Below, piece by piece: positions 18,117-26,910 of a DNA stretch of 64,000 nucleotides. The DNA is from a virus. The notes below the pieces were generated by a model. It was given only the letters and a program-made list of their open reading frames with translations, was not told the origin of the DNA and did not search any database. The stretch covers positions 1 to 64,000 of IMG/VR virus record IMGVR_UViG_3300031823_000001; one strand, written 5' to 3'. The translations under genes and the position numbers were made by a program. How positions within the stretch are numbered: the stretch's first letter is position 1; each line of letters begins with the position of its first letter.

Positions 18117-18559
18117 CGCTCGCCTGCCGTGATCGACGGCTGCTGCCGGTCGTACTCGTCGAAGACGGTGTGGTCCGGCGCGAGGAGCATGTAGGGGAAC
18201 AGCGCCCTCTCCGGCTGCACCTGGCCGGCCTCGACCAGGGCGAGGTTCGACTCCAGCCACATCTTCAGGACGCGCCAGGCGACCTTCTGCGCGTGGGCGT
18301 GCTCGGTGTACTTCCGCTCGATCTTCCGCTCCCTGTAGGCAGCTCGCAGGGCACCCTGGGTGCCGTCGAAGTTGACGGCGATCTCGTAGCCGCGCTCGCC
18401 CCACCGGGTGTCGAGGACGAAGCTGATGCCCATCGGCACCCTGTCCTTCCCGTAGGCGAGCCCGGCCCGCTTCGCGCCGTACTTGCCGAGGGTCACCAGG
18501 CACTCGTGCGCGGTCTTGTCCGCCGCGACCTCGGTGGTGTAGTTCAAGGGGCCAGGCAT
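18113..18559 (-). CDS. Conserved-looking phage hypothetical protein
   Basis: NYTTEV...GA...ISF...QKVAWRVLKMWLE...FPYML; GGAGG RBS. Confidence 0.7.
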   Translation of the reverse strand: MPGPLNYTTEVAADKTAHECLVTLGKYGAKRAGLAYGKDRVPMGISFVLDTRWGERGYEIAVNFDGTQGALRAAYRERKIERKYTEHAHAQKVAWRVLKMWLESNLALVEAGQVQPERALFPYMLLAPDHTVFDEYDRQQPSITAGER

Positions 18560-18632
18560 GCTCCCCTCCTTTCGTCGTCTGAGATGCTGGCGCCGCCGGC
18601 TGCATCCAGTCGGCGGCGCGCGTCCGCTACCT

Positions 18633-18929
18633 TCACCTGCTTGTCCCCTCGTAGAACCGCTGTGCCTGCTCCCAGGCCCACTCCCGGCGCGAATCGGCCT
18701 CGTCGCCGCTGTAGTTCACGGCCCAGTTCTCGACGGGCTCCATCGCGGTCGCGATCCGCAGCTCCTGGTGCACCGTGTGGATGACGAGAGCGTGGCTCAT
18801 GCGGGTGCCGGCCTCCACGTCGCTGATGCAGAGCAGGTCGGCGATGTCGTCACGGGTCAGGTGGTGGTCCACCCGGAACAGTGTCATGGCCTCCCCGGTG
18901 GAGCGCTGCCGCCACTTCCAGCGGTTCAC
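18633..18929 (-). CDS. Hypothetical protein
   Basis: Coupled ORF. Confidence 0.5.
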   Translation of the reverse strand: MNRWKWRQRSTGEAMTLFRVDHHLTRDDIADLLCISDVEAGTRMSHALVIHTVHQELRIATAMEPVENWAVNYSGDEADSRREWAWEQAQRFYEGTSR

Positions 18930-19402
18930 AGGCCGGTCGCCTCCAGCAGGTGCTCCCAGTCCGTGAGGTACAGGGAGCCGTTCGGCCTGAGATCCACCTC
19001 CACTGCGCTGAGCCGCCGGCGGACCACGTCCCAGCGGGCTTCCACTGCCTGCGCCTCGGCACGGCGCCTGTCGGCCTCCTCCTTAGCGGCGGCGAACGCC
19101 TCCGGGGTGTAGTAGTGCACGCCGCCGGGGCTGGCGCCGGACGGCAGCCCCTCCTTCGCGCCGACCCGCACCAGCACGCCCCACTCGGCGAGGGCGTCCA
19201 GGGCCCGCTTCACCCGGCCGAAGTAGCGTTCCTGGACGCGGTTCCCCGCCCACCCCTGCGGTACGTCCTGTCTGCTGGAGCCGAGCCGCTCCGCTACGGC
19301 CCACACGAGGTGGTGTGCTTCGGCGTGCCCGTACTCCGGCATCAGCGCGGCGGCGGCTTCGCGGATCTCGGCGGGCGTCAGGCTGTCTAGCTGCCTCGTC
19401 AC
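18926..19402 (-). CDS. Hypothetical protein (possible winged helix)
   Basis: GRVKRALDALAEWGVLVRV...YYTP. Confidence 0.5.
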   Translation of the reverse strand: MTRQLDSLTPAEIREAAAALMPEYGHAEAHHLVWAVAERLGSSRQDVPQGWAGNRVQERYFGRVKRALDALAEWGVLVRVGAKEGLPSGASPGGVHYYTPEAFAAAKEEADRRRAEAQAVEARWDVVRRRLSAVEVDLRPNGSLYLTDWEHLLEATGL

Positions 19403-19568
19403 CACGACCGGAACCACCCGTCTTCGTCCGGCGTGTAAGACACCCACACCTCTCCGCCGCGCGGCGGCTCGTCTTCCTCCGCCGGAGTGATCTCTGCGTG
19501 GACACCGCCGTCCTGGGGCGGGTCGTCGTTCCCTCCGAAGAGGCTGCTCAGGATTCCCATGCCCATGA

Positions 19569-19841
19569 TCAGTAATCTCCTTGTTCGTGGTAGCCGTGGC
19601 CCGGCTCGTCGTCCCGCTGCTCGTCGAGGGGCAGGACCAGAATGCCGTTGCGAGGCTCTTGCGCCTGCGCGGGCTTGATGATGCCCGTCCCGGAGCGCAG
19701 GAGGCCCGTGCAGCTCGCCAGGCCGTTGATCAGGTCCCCGGCGGTCAGCACGCCGAAGCGGCGCCTCAGGACCTCCGCTGCGTTCTCCAGGACCCGGGCG
19801 TCCGCCTCGATGGCTGTCCCCGCTGGGTCGTTAGTATCCAT
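19569..19841 (-). CDS. Hypothetical protein, leaderless; first gene of the leftward unit
   Basis: ATG 6 nt after -10-like TAAGAT. Confidence 0.6.
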   Translation of the reverse strand: MDTNDPAGTAIEADARVLENAAEVLRRRFGVLTAGDLINGLASCTGLLRSGTGIIKPAQAQEPRNGILVLPLDEQRDDEPGHGYHEQGDY

Positions 19842-19850
19842 AGCCGGATC

Positions 19851-19868
19851 TTATCAAGAAAAGCTGTA
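19851..19868 (-). promoter_or_regulatory. 18-bp phage promoter/operator motif at the strand switch
   Basis: Minus strand TACAGCTTTTCTTGATAA-gat-ccggct-ATG. Confidence 0.85.
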
Positions 19869-19996
19869 ACTCACTACCATCTTCCCTTACCATTGGGGCA
19901 TGCTCCTGATATTCGCCGCCGTGTGGCTCATGACCGAGCTGGGGGACCTCCTGAAGAGGGCTGCCTCGCAGGCTCGGAAGGGGCAGGAGGCCCCAC

Positions 19997-20977
19997 ATGA
20001 CCACGATGACCCGGCGCACCGGCACCGTCCGCAAGGTAGCTCATGACCCCGGCGACCCGCTCGTCACGAGCCACTGCCCGTTCTGCGGCTCCGGCCAGGT
20101 CGTCGGCCGCTCCGACGGCACGATCGGCTGCGACTTCTGCGGCCAGAACTACATCGTGCGGGTGCAGCCCGCGTTCCCGGGGATGCCGCAGATGCCCATG
20201 GGGCCGGGCGCTCCCTCGGACACCGGGCCTGACGGCGGCCTGGTGGACCCGGGCATGATCGGCCCCGACGGCGCCCCCGTGGACGACGGGGACGGCCCGC
20301 CTCCCGGGGAAGATGCCGAACCGGGAGGCGGGCCGTTTGGCGACTCCCCGGACGACGACGGTGCTGGGCCGCCTTCCGGGGGCGATAACGGCGACGGTAC
20401 ATACTCCGGGCCGCCTCCGAAGAAGAAGTCGGAAAAGGGGAAGGGCAAGAAGGAATCCGTTCGGTCCCGTCGGTACCTGGGGCTCGAAGGGCAGGTCCTC
20501 ACCGAGGACCAGTTCCTCCGGCACGTCGCCGTCCGGGTGTCCGGCGCCAGCCCGAAGGTGATGGCCGTGCTGCGCGCCGACAGCCGCCGCCAGGTCACCG
20601 CCGACGACGGCGCGCTGCTGCCCTACCGCATCCTCGGCAGCGGCCACCGGGTGACCGTCGGCCGGGGCGGATCGGGCTGGTACGGGATGATCAGCCCGCC
20701 GGAGCCGCACTCGCAGCACGTGCACCTCATGGACCTCGGGCACGCGGAAACCCGCGAGGACGCCCACCGGACGGCCGACGCGCACCTGGGGCGCGGCCCG
20801 GCCCGCGACTTCGTGCGCGCCACCACCACCGACCTCGGCGAGGCCGCCTCCCGCTACAGGTCCCCGGAGTGGCACCGGGGGCCCGGCGCCGGGACCGCCC
20901 CGTCGCAGTGGCGCCCGGCGCAGGCATCGCGGGGGCGCCGCCCTTTCACCGCCAGGGCCACCAGGACCGGGAGCTGA
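19997..20977 (+). CDS. Putative virion/head protein with N-terminal Zn ribbon
   Basis: RKVAHD...HCPFCGSGQVVGRSDGTIGCDFC; acidic Pro/Gly linker; recalled similarity to Cluster C-like head-region proteins. Confidence 0.7.
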   Translation: MTTMTRRTGTVRKVAHDPGDPLVTSHCPFCGSGQVVGRSDGTIGCDFCGQNYIVRVQPAFPGMPQMPMGPGAPSDTGPDGGLVDPGMIGPDGAPVDDGDGPPPGEDAEPGGGPFGDSPDDDGAGPPSGGDNGDGTYSGPPPKKKSEKGKGKKESVRSRRYLGLEGQVLTEDQFLRHVAVRVSGASPKVMAVLRADSRRQVTADDGALLPYRILGSGHRVTVGRGGSGWYGMISPPEPHSQHVHLMDLGHAETREDAHRTADAHLGRGPARDFVRATTTDLGEAASRYRSPEWHRGPGAGTAPSQWRPAQASRGRRPFTARATRTGS

Positions 20978-20982
20978 GAGAC

Positions 20983-21153
20983 GTGGCGTCGGTCCGGGAG
21001 CACATGCGCGGCGCCCACGGCCTGGACGCCGCCGGGATGCTGCCGCTGCGGGTGCTGCTGAGCATGCACGAACAGGACCACGGCAGCGAGCCGGAGTGGG
21101 GCGGTTCGGCCGACGCCTCCCGCGCCCCGGGTTTTATCGCGGGGAGGAAGTAG
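20983..21153 (+). CDS. Small His-rich protein
   Basis: GTG after GGGAG; REHMRGAHG...MHEQDH. Confidence 0.45.
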   Translation: MASVREHMRGAHGLDAAGMLPLRVLLSMHEQDHGSEPEWGGSADASRAPGFIAGRK

Positions 21154-21572
21154 TGGGAATCTTCGAGGCGATCCGCCGGGCTGCCTCCGGCGACTGGCGC
21201 GACCACTGGGACCGTGCCATGGACTCTCTGGGAAACGCCGGGTTCCCCAACTCGCAGATGCGCCTCGACACCGGGCACAAGCTGTGGGTCTACCACATGG
21301 GACCAGGAGGCCGGGACGAGAACAACGGGCTGTTCGGCATGGACCCGCGACCGGGCTTTCACGCCCAGGTATGGCACCCTGCCGGCGACCAGGGCCACGT
21401 TATCGAGGCGCACCTCGGCGACATCCCGGAGCATGTCGGCCCGCTGCTGCGGAACATGTTCGGCCGCCGCGACGTGCTCGGCCACCTGCGCGACCAGATG
21501 GACCGTGCGCAAGGGCACGGTCCCGACCAGACCGGCAACCGGCTGATGATCGACATGACCAGGAGGCGCTGA
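21153..21572 (+). CDS. Paralog family member 1 (TGH...GH.RDQ..RA)
   Basis: LDTGHKLWV...HLG...VLGHLRDQMDRA. Confidence 0.65.
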   Translation: MGIFEAIRRAASGDWRDHWDRAMDSLGNAGFPNSQMRLDTGHKLWVYHMGPGGRDENNGLFGMDPRPGFHAQVWHPAGDQGHVIEAHLGDIPEHVGPLLRNMFGRRDVLGHLRDQMDRAQGHGPDQTGNRLMIDMTRRR

Positions 21573-21976
21573 TGAGCGACTGGAGCCTCGGCAACCACAT
21601 CAGTGCGATCGACCGGGCCTCGCAGGACCTGGCCGGGCACGGGTTCCCCGTCCAGGGCGGATCGGGCTTCTGGGAGACCGAAACCGGCCACCACTTCATG
21701 GTGAACCGTGATCACGAGGGCAACTGGGAGCTGAGCGGCGGCCACGCCGGGGACCCGGACCTGTCCCTGGTGCACGTGCACCTCGGCCCCGGGGACGACG
21801 ACGTCGGCGGCAAGGTCAGCCGGGTGTTCCGGGACCGCGAGTTCATGGGGCACCTGGGCGACCAGTACAACCGGGCACGGCTCAACAACAACCCGACCGG
21901 CTACGACTTCGACGCCCAGCGGGCGGTCACCCACCGCTCGCCGGACACCGACGTCTTCATGGACAGGAGCCGGTGA
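21572..21976 (+). CDS. Paralog family member 2
   Basis: TETGHHFMV...HAGDP...HLG...FMGHLGDQYNRARLNNNPTG. Confidence 0.7.
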   Translation: MSDWSLGNHISAIDRASQDLAGHGFPVQGGSGFWETETGHHFMVNRDHEGNWELSGGHAGDPDLSLVHVHLGPGDDDVGGKVSRVFRDREFMGHLGDQYNRARLNNNPTGYDFDAQRAVTHRSPDTDVFMDRSR

Positions 21977-22161
21977 TGAGCGAGCCGCTGCGCGAGACCG
22001 GGCTGCCGGGCAGCAGGCGGATGGTCGCCCCCGACGGGACGGTGGAGTTCACCGAGCACGGCGGGTGCGGGTGGATCATCCTGCGTCCCTCGCGCACCTG
22101 GGATGAGTGGCGGCAGTTCGCCCGCGTCATCCTGGCTACCGTTGACCCGGGGGAAAGCTGA
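21976..22161 (+). CDS. Small hypothetical protein
   Basis: Coupled on both sides. Confidence 0.5.
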   Translation: MSEPLRETGLPGSRRMVAPDGTVEFTEHGGCGWIILRPSRTWDEWRQFARVILATVDPGES

Positions 22162-22592
22162 TGGGGCTTAGCCGCGAAGAGATTTACCACCGGAACAACC
22201 TGGCGCGCACGCACCTGTACGAGTCGGGCATGTCGCCTGATGCGCCTGGCCAGGCAGACGGCTCTCCTCCTCACTGGCAGCTTGAGACGGGTCACAGGAT
22301 CGCCGTCGGATTGCATCCCGATACCGGCGAGTGGGGCCTCAATATCCAGCACTACGGCGACCCGACTGGGACCAGGCTCATCTCGATGCTCGGCACGCAC
22401 GACGAGTCTGAGGTGCCCGGGCAGCTTGCCCGGGAGTTCCGGCACCGCGAGACCATGGGGCACATGCGTGACCAGTGGCAGCGGGCCGCGCTCAACAACG
22501 ACCCGACGGGCAGGCACCCGGAGGTGCGGCGCTACGCGCCGGGGACCGCACCGGATTACGTCGTGCTGGACCACTACGGACTACATAGCTGA
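22161..22592 (+). CDS. Paralog family member 3
   Basis: LETGHRIAV...HYGDP...MLG...TMGHMRDQWQRAALNNDPTG. Confidence 0.7.
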   Translation: MGLSREEIYHRNNLARTHLYESGMSPDAPGQADGSPPHWQLETGHRIAVGLHPDTGEWGLNIQHYGDPTGTRLISMLGTHDESEVPGQLAREFRHRETMGHMRDQWQRAALNNDPTGRHPEVRRYAPGTAPDYVVLDHYGLHS

Positions 22593-23206
22593 AGGCCATG
22601 TTCGGCTGCTAGCGCGACCGCCTGCGCCGTGATCCGGCTGAATTTCTCTACGTTGCACCGACCGTGCAAGAGCTGAAGATTCCAGTCGTCCTCGATCACA
22701 AGACCTGATGCCTTGGGGATGATGTGATCGACTTCTACGTCGGCCAGGTCGTCGGGCAGCTCCAGATCGCACCAGAAGCAGATCCATTCCTGGCGTTCGC
22801 CGAGTAGTTGCACCAGTGCTGACCTGTGGTTCTTCTTATGGCGCTTGTTGGCCGCGCTGGCGTGCTCGGTGCAGTACCAGCTCCGCAAGTTCGCTGTCGC
22901 ACCGCATTCGCCGAAGTCCCTGCACCGTCGCCCGGTGGTCAGCAGAACAGCCTGAGCAGACAGGCGGCTGGACTCCCTCCTGCACGCCTCCGTCTGGGCA
23001 CATACGCCGTACTTGCTCCAGGTCGGATGGCTGCACACAGTGCACGGCTGCGTGGGGAGGAGACCGCCGCGCTTGGCTGCCTGATTACGCCGCCAGAACT
23101 CCCTCTTGCACTCCTGGTTCTTCCGGCAGACGCCCGTCTCGCTTCTTACGGGACCGCCGCAGACTTCGCACGGCTTGACCGGCATCTGCGTCCAGTGGAC
23201 TGTCAC
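22574..23206 (-). CDS. HNH endonuclease with repeated N-terminal Cys4 fingers
   Basis: CxxC-x9-GVC-x5-C twice; CFWC...EVDHIIP...NLQLLHGRCN..K. Confidence 0.85.
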   Translation of the reverse strand: MTVHWTQMPVKPCEVCGGPVRSETGVCRKNQECKREFWRRNQAAKRGGLLPTQPCTVCSHPTWSKYGVCAQTEACRRESSRLSAQAVLLTTGRRCRDFGECGATANLRSWYCTEHASAANKRHKKNHRSALVQLLGERQEWICFWCDLELPDDLADVEVDHIIPKASGLVIEDDWNLQLLHGRCNVEKFSRITAQAVALAAEHGLQLCSP

Positions 23207-23215
23207 ATAGGAATT

Positions 23216-23233
23216 TTATCAATAAACCCTGTA
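23216..23233 (-). promoter_or_regulatory. 18-bp motif driving leaderless HNH gene
   Basis: TACAGGGTTTATTGATAA; TAAAAT-N6-GTG. Confidence 0.8.
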
Positions 23234-23255
23234 GCGATCAGGAGAAACGCCCGTA

Positions 23256-23264
23256 CCCCGGAAG
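23256..23264 (+). promoter_or_regulatory. Candidate late promoter element CCCCGGAAG
   Basis: Recurs upstream of virion genes. Confidence 0.55.
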
Positions 23265-23299
23265 GGATGTAGAGCACTTCACTCCCTGGGAGGAACCGG

Positions 23300-25579
23300 A
23301 TGCGCGTCGCCTACCGCCCCGGCAGCGGGGCAGCCCGGCAGGCCTCTGTCGCGCAACGGCTCGGGCGCACCATGGGGATGGGCGCGCTCTCTGAGCAGAT
23401 GTCCCCCGAGGTGGCGGAAGCCAGGAAGAACAGGCGGATTAACGCACGCCAGGGGTCGGTGGGGCGTCGTGCCGCGTACTCCACCGGAGGAGCTGGTGGG
23501 TCCGGGTTTTCGGATATCCAGTTTGCCACTGGGCGTCCACGCGATCCTTTGTTCTATTGGAGGCAGAATAACCTCCCTTATGACTTCTCTCAGAACGAAG
23601 AGCTTGCGAAAGTACGTGCGTTTTGCCGCCTTTTGTACCAGACAGACCCAATTGTGGGTAGTTGCGTAGATATATTCAGTAAGTTTCCGACGGTCGGCGC
23701 GCACCTCGAATGCAAGGACCAGCGGCTGACGGACTTTTACGAAGACCTGTTCTTCGGCGACGACGGCCTGGACTACTCGGAGTTCCTCGTTGATATCGGA
23801 CGCGAGTACTACATCACTGGCGAGGCGTGGCCTTTCGCGACTTTCAACGAGGACCTGGGCATATGGGATGACGAAGAATTGCTCAACCCCGACGACATCA
23901 AAGTCGAGCGCAGCCCGTTCCTGAAGGAGCCCCGGTACTTCACCCGGCTGCCGTGGACGATCCGGCAGATCCTCACCACCAGGCAGCCCGCCTGGGAATA
24001 CAACAAGCTGATCCAGGAGTACCCGGAGCTGGCCGCCTACACGGCCGAGAACGCGTTCATGCCGGTCTCTAACGTGCTGCTGCGCCAGCTCCGCTTCAAA
24101 GGCGACACCTTCAACTTGAGGGGATTGCCTTTGCTCACCCGGGCGATGCGCTCGATGCTCCAGCAGGAGATGCTCAACACCGCCCTCGACTCGATCGCCG
24201 ACCGGCTCTACACCCCGCTGCTCCTCGCAAAGCTCGGCGCCAGCGCAACCGACCTCGGCACGTCGGTCCCCTGGATTCCCACCGACGACGACCTGGAGAA
24301 CTTCGAGCTGGCCCTGGACGCCGCCCTCGCCGGCGACTTCCGGGTGCTGATCCACAACTTCGCGGTCGAGCTGGAGTCGGTGTTCGGCCGGGAGAACATG
24401 CCCGATCTTTCGGCGGACTTCGAAAGGATCGAGGACCGGGTCCTCCAGGTGTTCGGCCTGTCCCGCACCTTCCTGATGGGCGCCGGGGAAGGCCAGACCT
24501 ACGCGGCCGACGCGCTCAACAAGCAGCTCGTCGAACAGCTCATGCAGACCTACCAGAAGATGCTGATGCGGCACACCCGCCAGCGGATGCTGATCGTCGC
24601 CGAAGCCCAGGAGCACTACGACTACGAGGAGCGCAACGGGCGCCGCTTCGTCGTCATGGAAGAGGTCCTCGAAACCGACGAGGAGACCGGCGAGAAGCGG
24701 ATCACCGAGCAGCCCAAGCTCCTGGTGCCCGAGCTGAAATGCGCGGTCCTGAACTTCCGCGACGAGGACACCACCCGCCAGTTCGTCGAGGCGATCCGCG
24801 CCTCCGGCATCCCCGTCTCCCAGCGCACCCGCACCCGGGGCCTCGGCATCGACCTGGACGAGGAGCGCGAGAGGTCCCAGGACGAGGCGGTCGCCGACAT
24901 CATCGGCCAGGCCCGCACCCGCAGGCAGGCCTTCATCGAGCTGCGCAACCAGGGGCTGCCCGTCCCCGCCGACCTGATGATGGACTTCGCTCCCGTTGCC
25001 CAGGTGGAAGGCGTGCCCCCGGCCGTCGCGGGCCAGGCGATGATGATCGACCGGATGGGCACGCAGCCCGTCCCGCTGCCTGACCTCGCGCCCACCCCGG
25101 ACGACGCGGCCATGGCCGAGCAGATGGAAGAACAGGCTGGCGGCCCGCTCAACGCCCCCTCTGACGGCGAGCAGGCAGAAGAGGACTCCGGCGGCGGCAT
25201 GGACCAGCGCCCCGAGGAGTCCGACGAGCAGCGCGGCAGCATGCCGAAGGCCGGGCGCCGTCGCGGCATGCCGAAGAAGGGCGCGCTGCTGGAGCGCACT
25301 AGCCGCGTCCGCCGGATGGCGGCCCTGTCCCGGGCGGTGGACGAAGCCGCCCGCGAGGGGGACGCCGCAGCCGCCGGGGCGGCGGACGGATTCGTCCTCA
25401 CCGCGCACCTGCCGGAATCCGAGGCCCAGGCCCAGAAGGGACAGGGGACCTGGTACTCGGGCGAGTCGATCCGTGGCTACCAGGACCCGGCCCACGTCGG
25501 CATCCGTTCTCGCCTCGGCGTGACGGAAGACGACGGCGAGCTGCTCGACTACGACCGCTACGCCCCCGCGCGGGGGTGA
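23300..25579 (+). CDS. Portal protein
   Basis: RAFCRLLYQTDPIVGSCVDIFSKFP, IGREY..GEA.P, LLNPDDI, GLPLL.RA, IADRLYTP...AKLG; acidic tail; position in head module; recalled Cluster C portal similarity. Confidence 0.85.
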   Translation: MRVAYRPGSGAARQASVAQRLGRTMGMGALSEQMSPEVAEARKNRRINARQGSVGRRAAYSTGGAGGSGFSDIQFATGRPRDPLFYWRQNNLPYDFSQNEELAKVRAFCRLLYQTDPIVGSCVDIFSKFPTVGAHLECKDQRLTDFYEDLFFGDDGLDYSEFLVDIGREYYITGEAWPFATFNEDLGIWDDEELLNPDDIKVERSPFLKEPRYFTRLPWTIRQILTTRQPAWEYNKLIQEYPELAAYTAENAFMPVSNVLLRQLRFKGDTFNLRGLPLLTRAMRSMLQQEMLNTALDSIADRLYTPLLLAKLGASATDLGTSVPWIPTDDDLENFELALDAALAGDFRVLIHNFAVELESVFGRENMPDLSADFERIEDRVLQVFGLSRTFLMGAGEGQTYAADALNKQLVEQLMQTYQKMLMRHTRQRMLIVAEAQEHYDYEERNGRRFVVMEEVLETDEETGEKRITEQPKLLVPELKCAVLNFRDEDTTRQFVEAIRASGIPVSQRTRTRGLGIDLDEERERSQDEAVADIIGQARTRRQAFIELRNQGLPVPADLMMDFAPVAQVEGVPPAVAGQAMMIDRMGTQPVPLPDLAPTPDDAAMAEQMEEQAGGPLNAPSDGEQAEEDSGGGMDQRPEESDEQRGSMPKAGRRRGMPKKGALLERTSRVRRMAALSRAVDEAAREGDAAAAGAADGFVLTAHLPESEAQAQKGQGTWYSGESIRGYQDPAHVGIRSRLGVTEDDGELLDYDRYAPARG

Positions 25580-25803
25580 GGAGGGGCGAAGTGCACCTGG
25601 TCCAGTGCAAGAACAAGGACTGCACGGCAGTAGCCACCATCACGGCGCACGACGTGGACATCCACGCGGCGCTGGACGCGGCGGGGTGCGAGTGCTGCCC
25701 GCAGGACCATCACCACGGGCAGGCGGCCAGCGCCACCGGCACTCCATGCCGCCCCGTGACCGTCACGATGCTGCCCGGCTCGGCCGAGATCTCCCTGGGG
25801 TAA
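25576..25803 (+). CDS. Small Cys/His-rich protein
   Basis: GCECCPQDHHH...PCRPVT. Confidence 0.6.
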   Translation: MRRGEVHLVQCKNKDCTAVATITAHDVDIHAALDAAGCECCPQDHHHGQAASATGTPCRPVTVTMLPGSAEISLG

Positions 25804-25806
25804 CCG

Positions 25807-26247
25807 ATGGCCTACATGACCGACACCGGCCGCACCGCGAACATCCTCAACTACATCCTGGACGCGGGATCCATCCAGGCGATCACCCAGCCGTACATGC
25901 TGCGGCTGATGACCGCGATGGGCAGCGGCAACGGCAACGTCAACGGCACCAACGGCACCGAGCTGTCCGGTACCGGGTACACGGCCGGCGGCTCCACGCT
26001 GGGCGCCTCCGCGCCGTTCGGGTCGTTCTCCAGCACCGCCCCGACCGCCTCGAACGCCAACGCGGTCTCCTGGTCCGCCGGCTCCTCGTGGTCCACGGTC
26101 GTCGGAGTCGAGATCTGGGACTCCACCACCGGCACCAAGCTGCGCTGGTTCCAGGGCGTCCTGTCGGCCAACATCACCGGGGTGTCCTCGGGCGACACGG
26201 TGCAGTTCGCCGTCGCCTCCATCAGCCTGAACGCGACCCAGTGGTAG
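25807..26247 (+). CDS. Small virion fibre subunit-like protein
   Basis: LRLMT...GTELSGTGY...SNANAVSW...W.TV....IWD...G.L...V.SGDT..F...SI pattern typical of small phage fibre/structural proteins. Confidence 0.7.
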   Translation: MAYMTDTGRTANILNYILDAGSIQAITQPYMLRLMTAMGSGNGNVNGTNGTELSGTGYTAGGSTLGASAPFGSFSSTAPTASNANAVSWSAGSSWSTVVGVEIWDSTTGTKLRWFQGVLSANITGVSSGDTVQFAVASISLNATQW

Positions 26248-26263
26248 GGGAGGCGAGCGGCTG

Positions 26264-26896
26264 ATGGCAAGCCAGGCGTGGGTTTCCCTGCTCAACGGCG
26301 GCCTGGCATCCTCCGGGCCCGGGGCCACCTGGACCGAGGCGGCCTCAACGACGGCCGTCCTGTCCCCGCAGACGTCGGTGACCAACCAGGACTACGCGGT
26401 GGCGCAGGCCGGGGGCCAGCCGCTCGGGTGGTACCCGGGCTGGCTGATCCGGGTGACGGCGCGCGGGTGGATCACCACCAACACCACGACGGGCACGCTG
26501 ACGGTCTCGCTGAGGGCCAACAAGAACAACGCGACCGCCCCGGCGTCCAACACGGTGCTGGCTACCTGCAACGGGCTCACCACCGGGGCCACTGCGGTCA
26601 CCGGCATCCAGTACGAGCTGCACGCGCTGATCCGGTGCACGAACGTGGCCAGCTCCGGCAACACGGTCAGCACGCAGGGAACGCTGTTCATAGGCAACAG
26701 CGGCGCGGGAGTTCCGGCCAACCCGATCGCGCTGACCGCCTCGGCCGGCATGACGCTGCCGATGCCGAACATCTCCGGCGAGAACCCCGCCGCAGTAGAC
26801 ACCACCCAGCTCCAGGGCATCCAGCTCTGCGCCACCGGCACAGCCGCCTCCGGAACCATCGCATGCACCCAGTGGCTGGTGGAGGCCCTTAACTAA
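26264..26896 (+). CDS. Virion structural protein (beta-rich, fibre/decoration)
   Basis: T/A/G-rich; IRVTARG...VDTT; structural operon context. Confidence 0.6.
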   Translation: MASQAWVSLLNGGLASSGPGATWTEAASTTAVLSPQTSVTNQDYAVAQAGGQPLGWYPGWLIRVTARGWITTNTTTGTLTVSLRANKNNATAPASNTVLATCNGLTTGATAVTGIQYELHALIRCTNVASSGNTVSTQGTLFIGNSGAGVPANPIALTASAGMTLPMPNISGENPAAVDTTQLQGIQLCATGTAASGTIACTQWLVEALN

Positions 26897-26910
26897 GGCG
26901 GTAACAGCCG

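Noticed and set aside
20869-21153. Programmed frameshift extending the 19997 ORF
   Set aside because: A separate GTG at 20983 with an RBS-like GGGAG explains the downstream frame; no slippery site seen.
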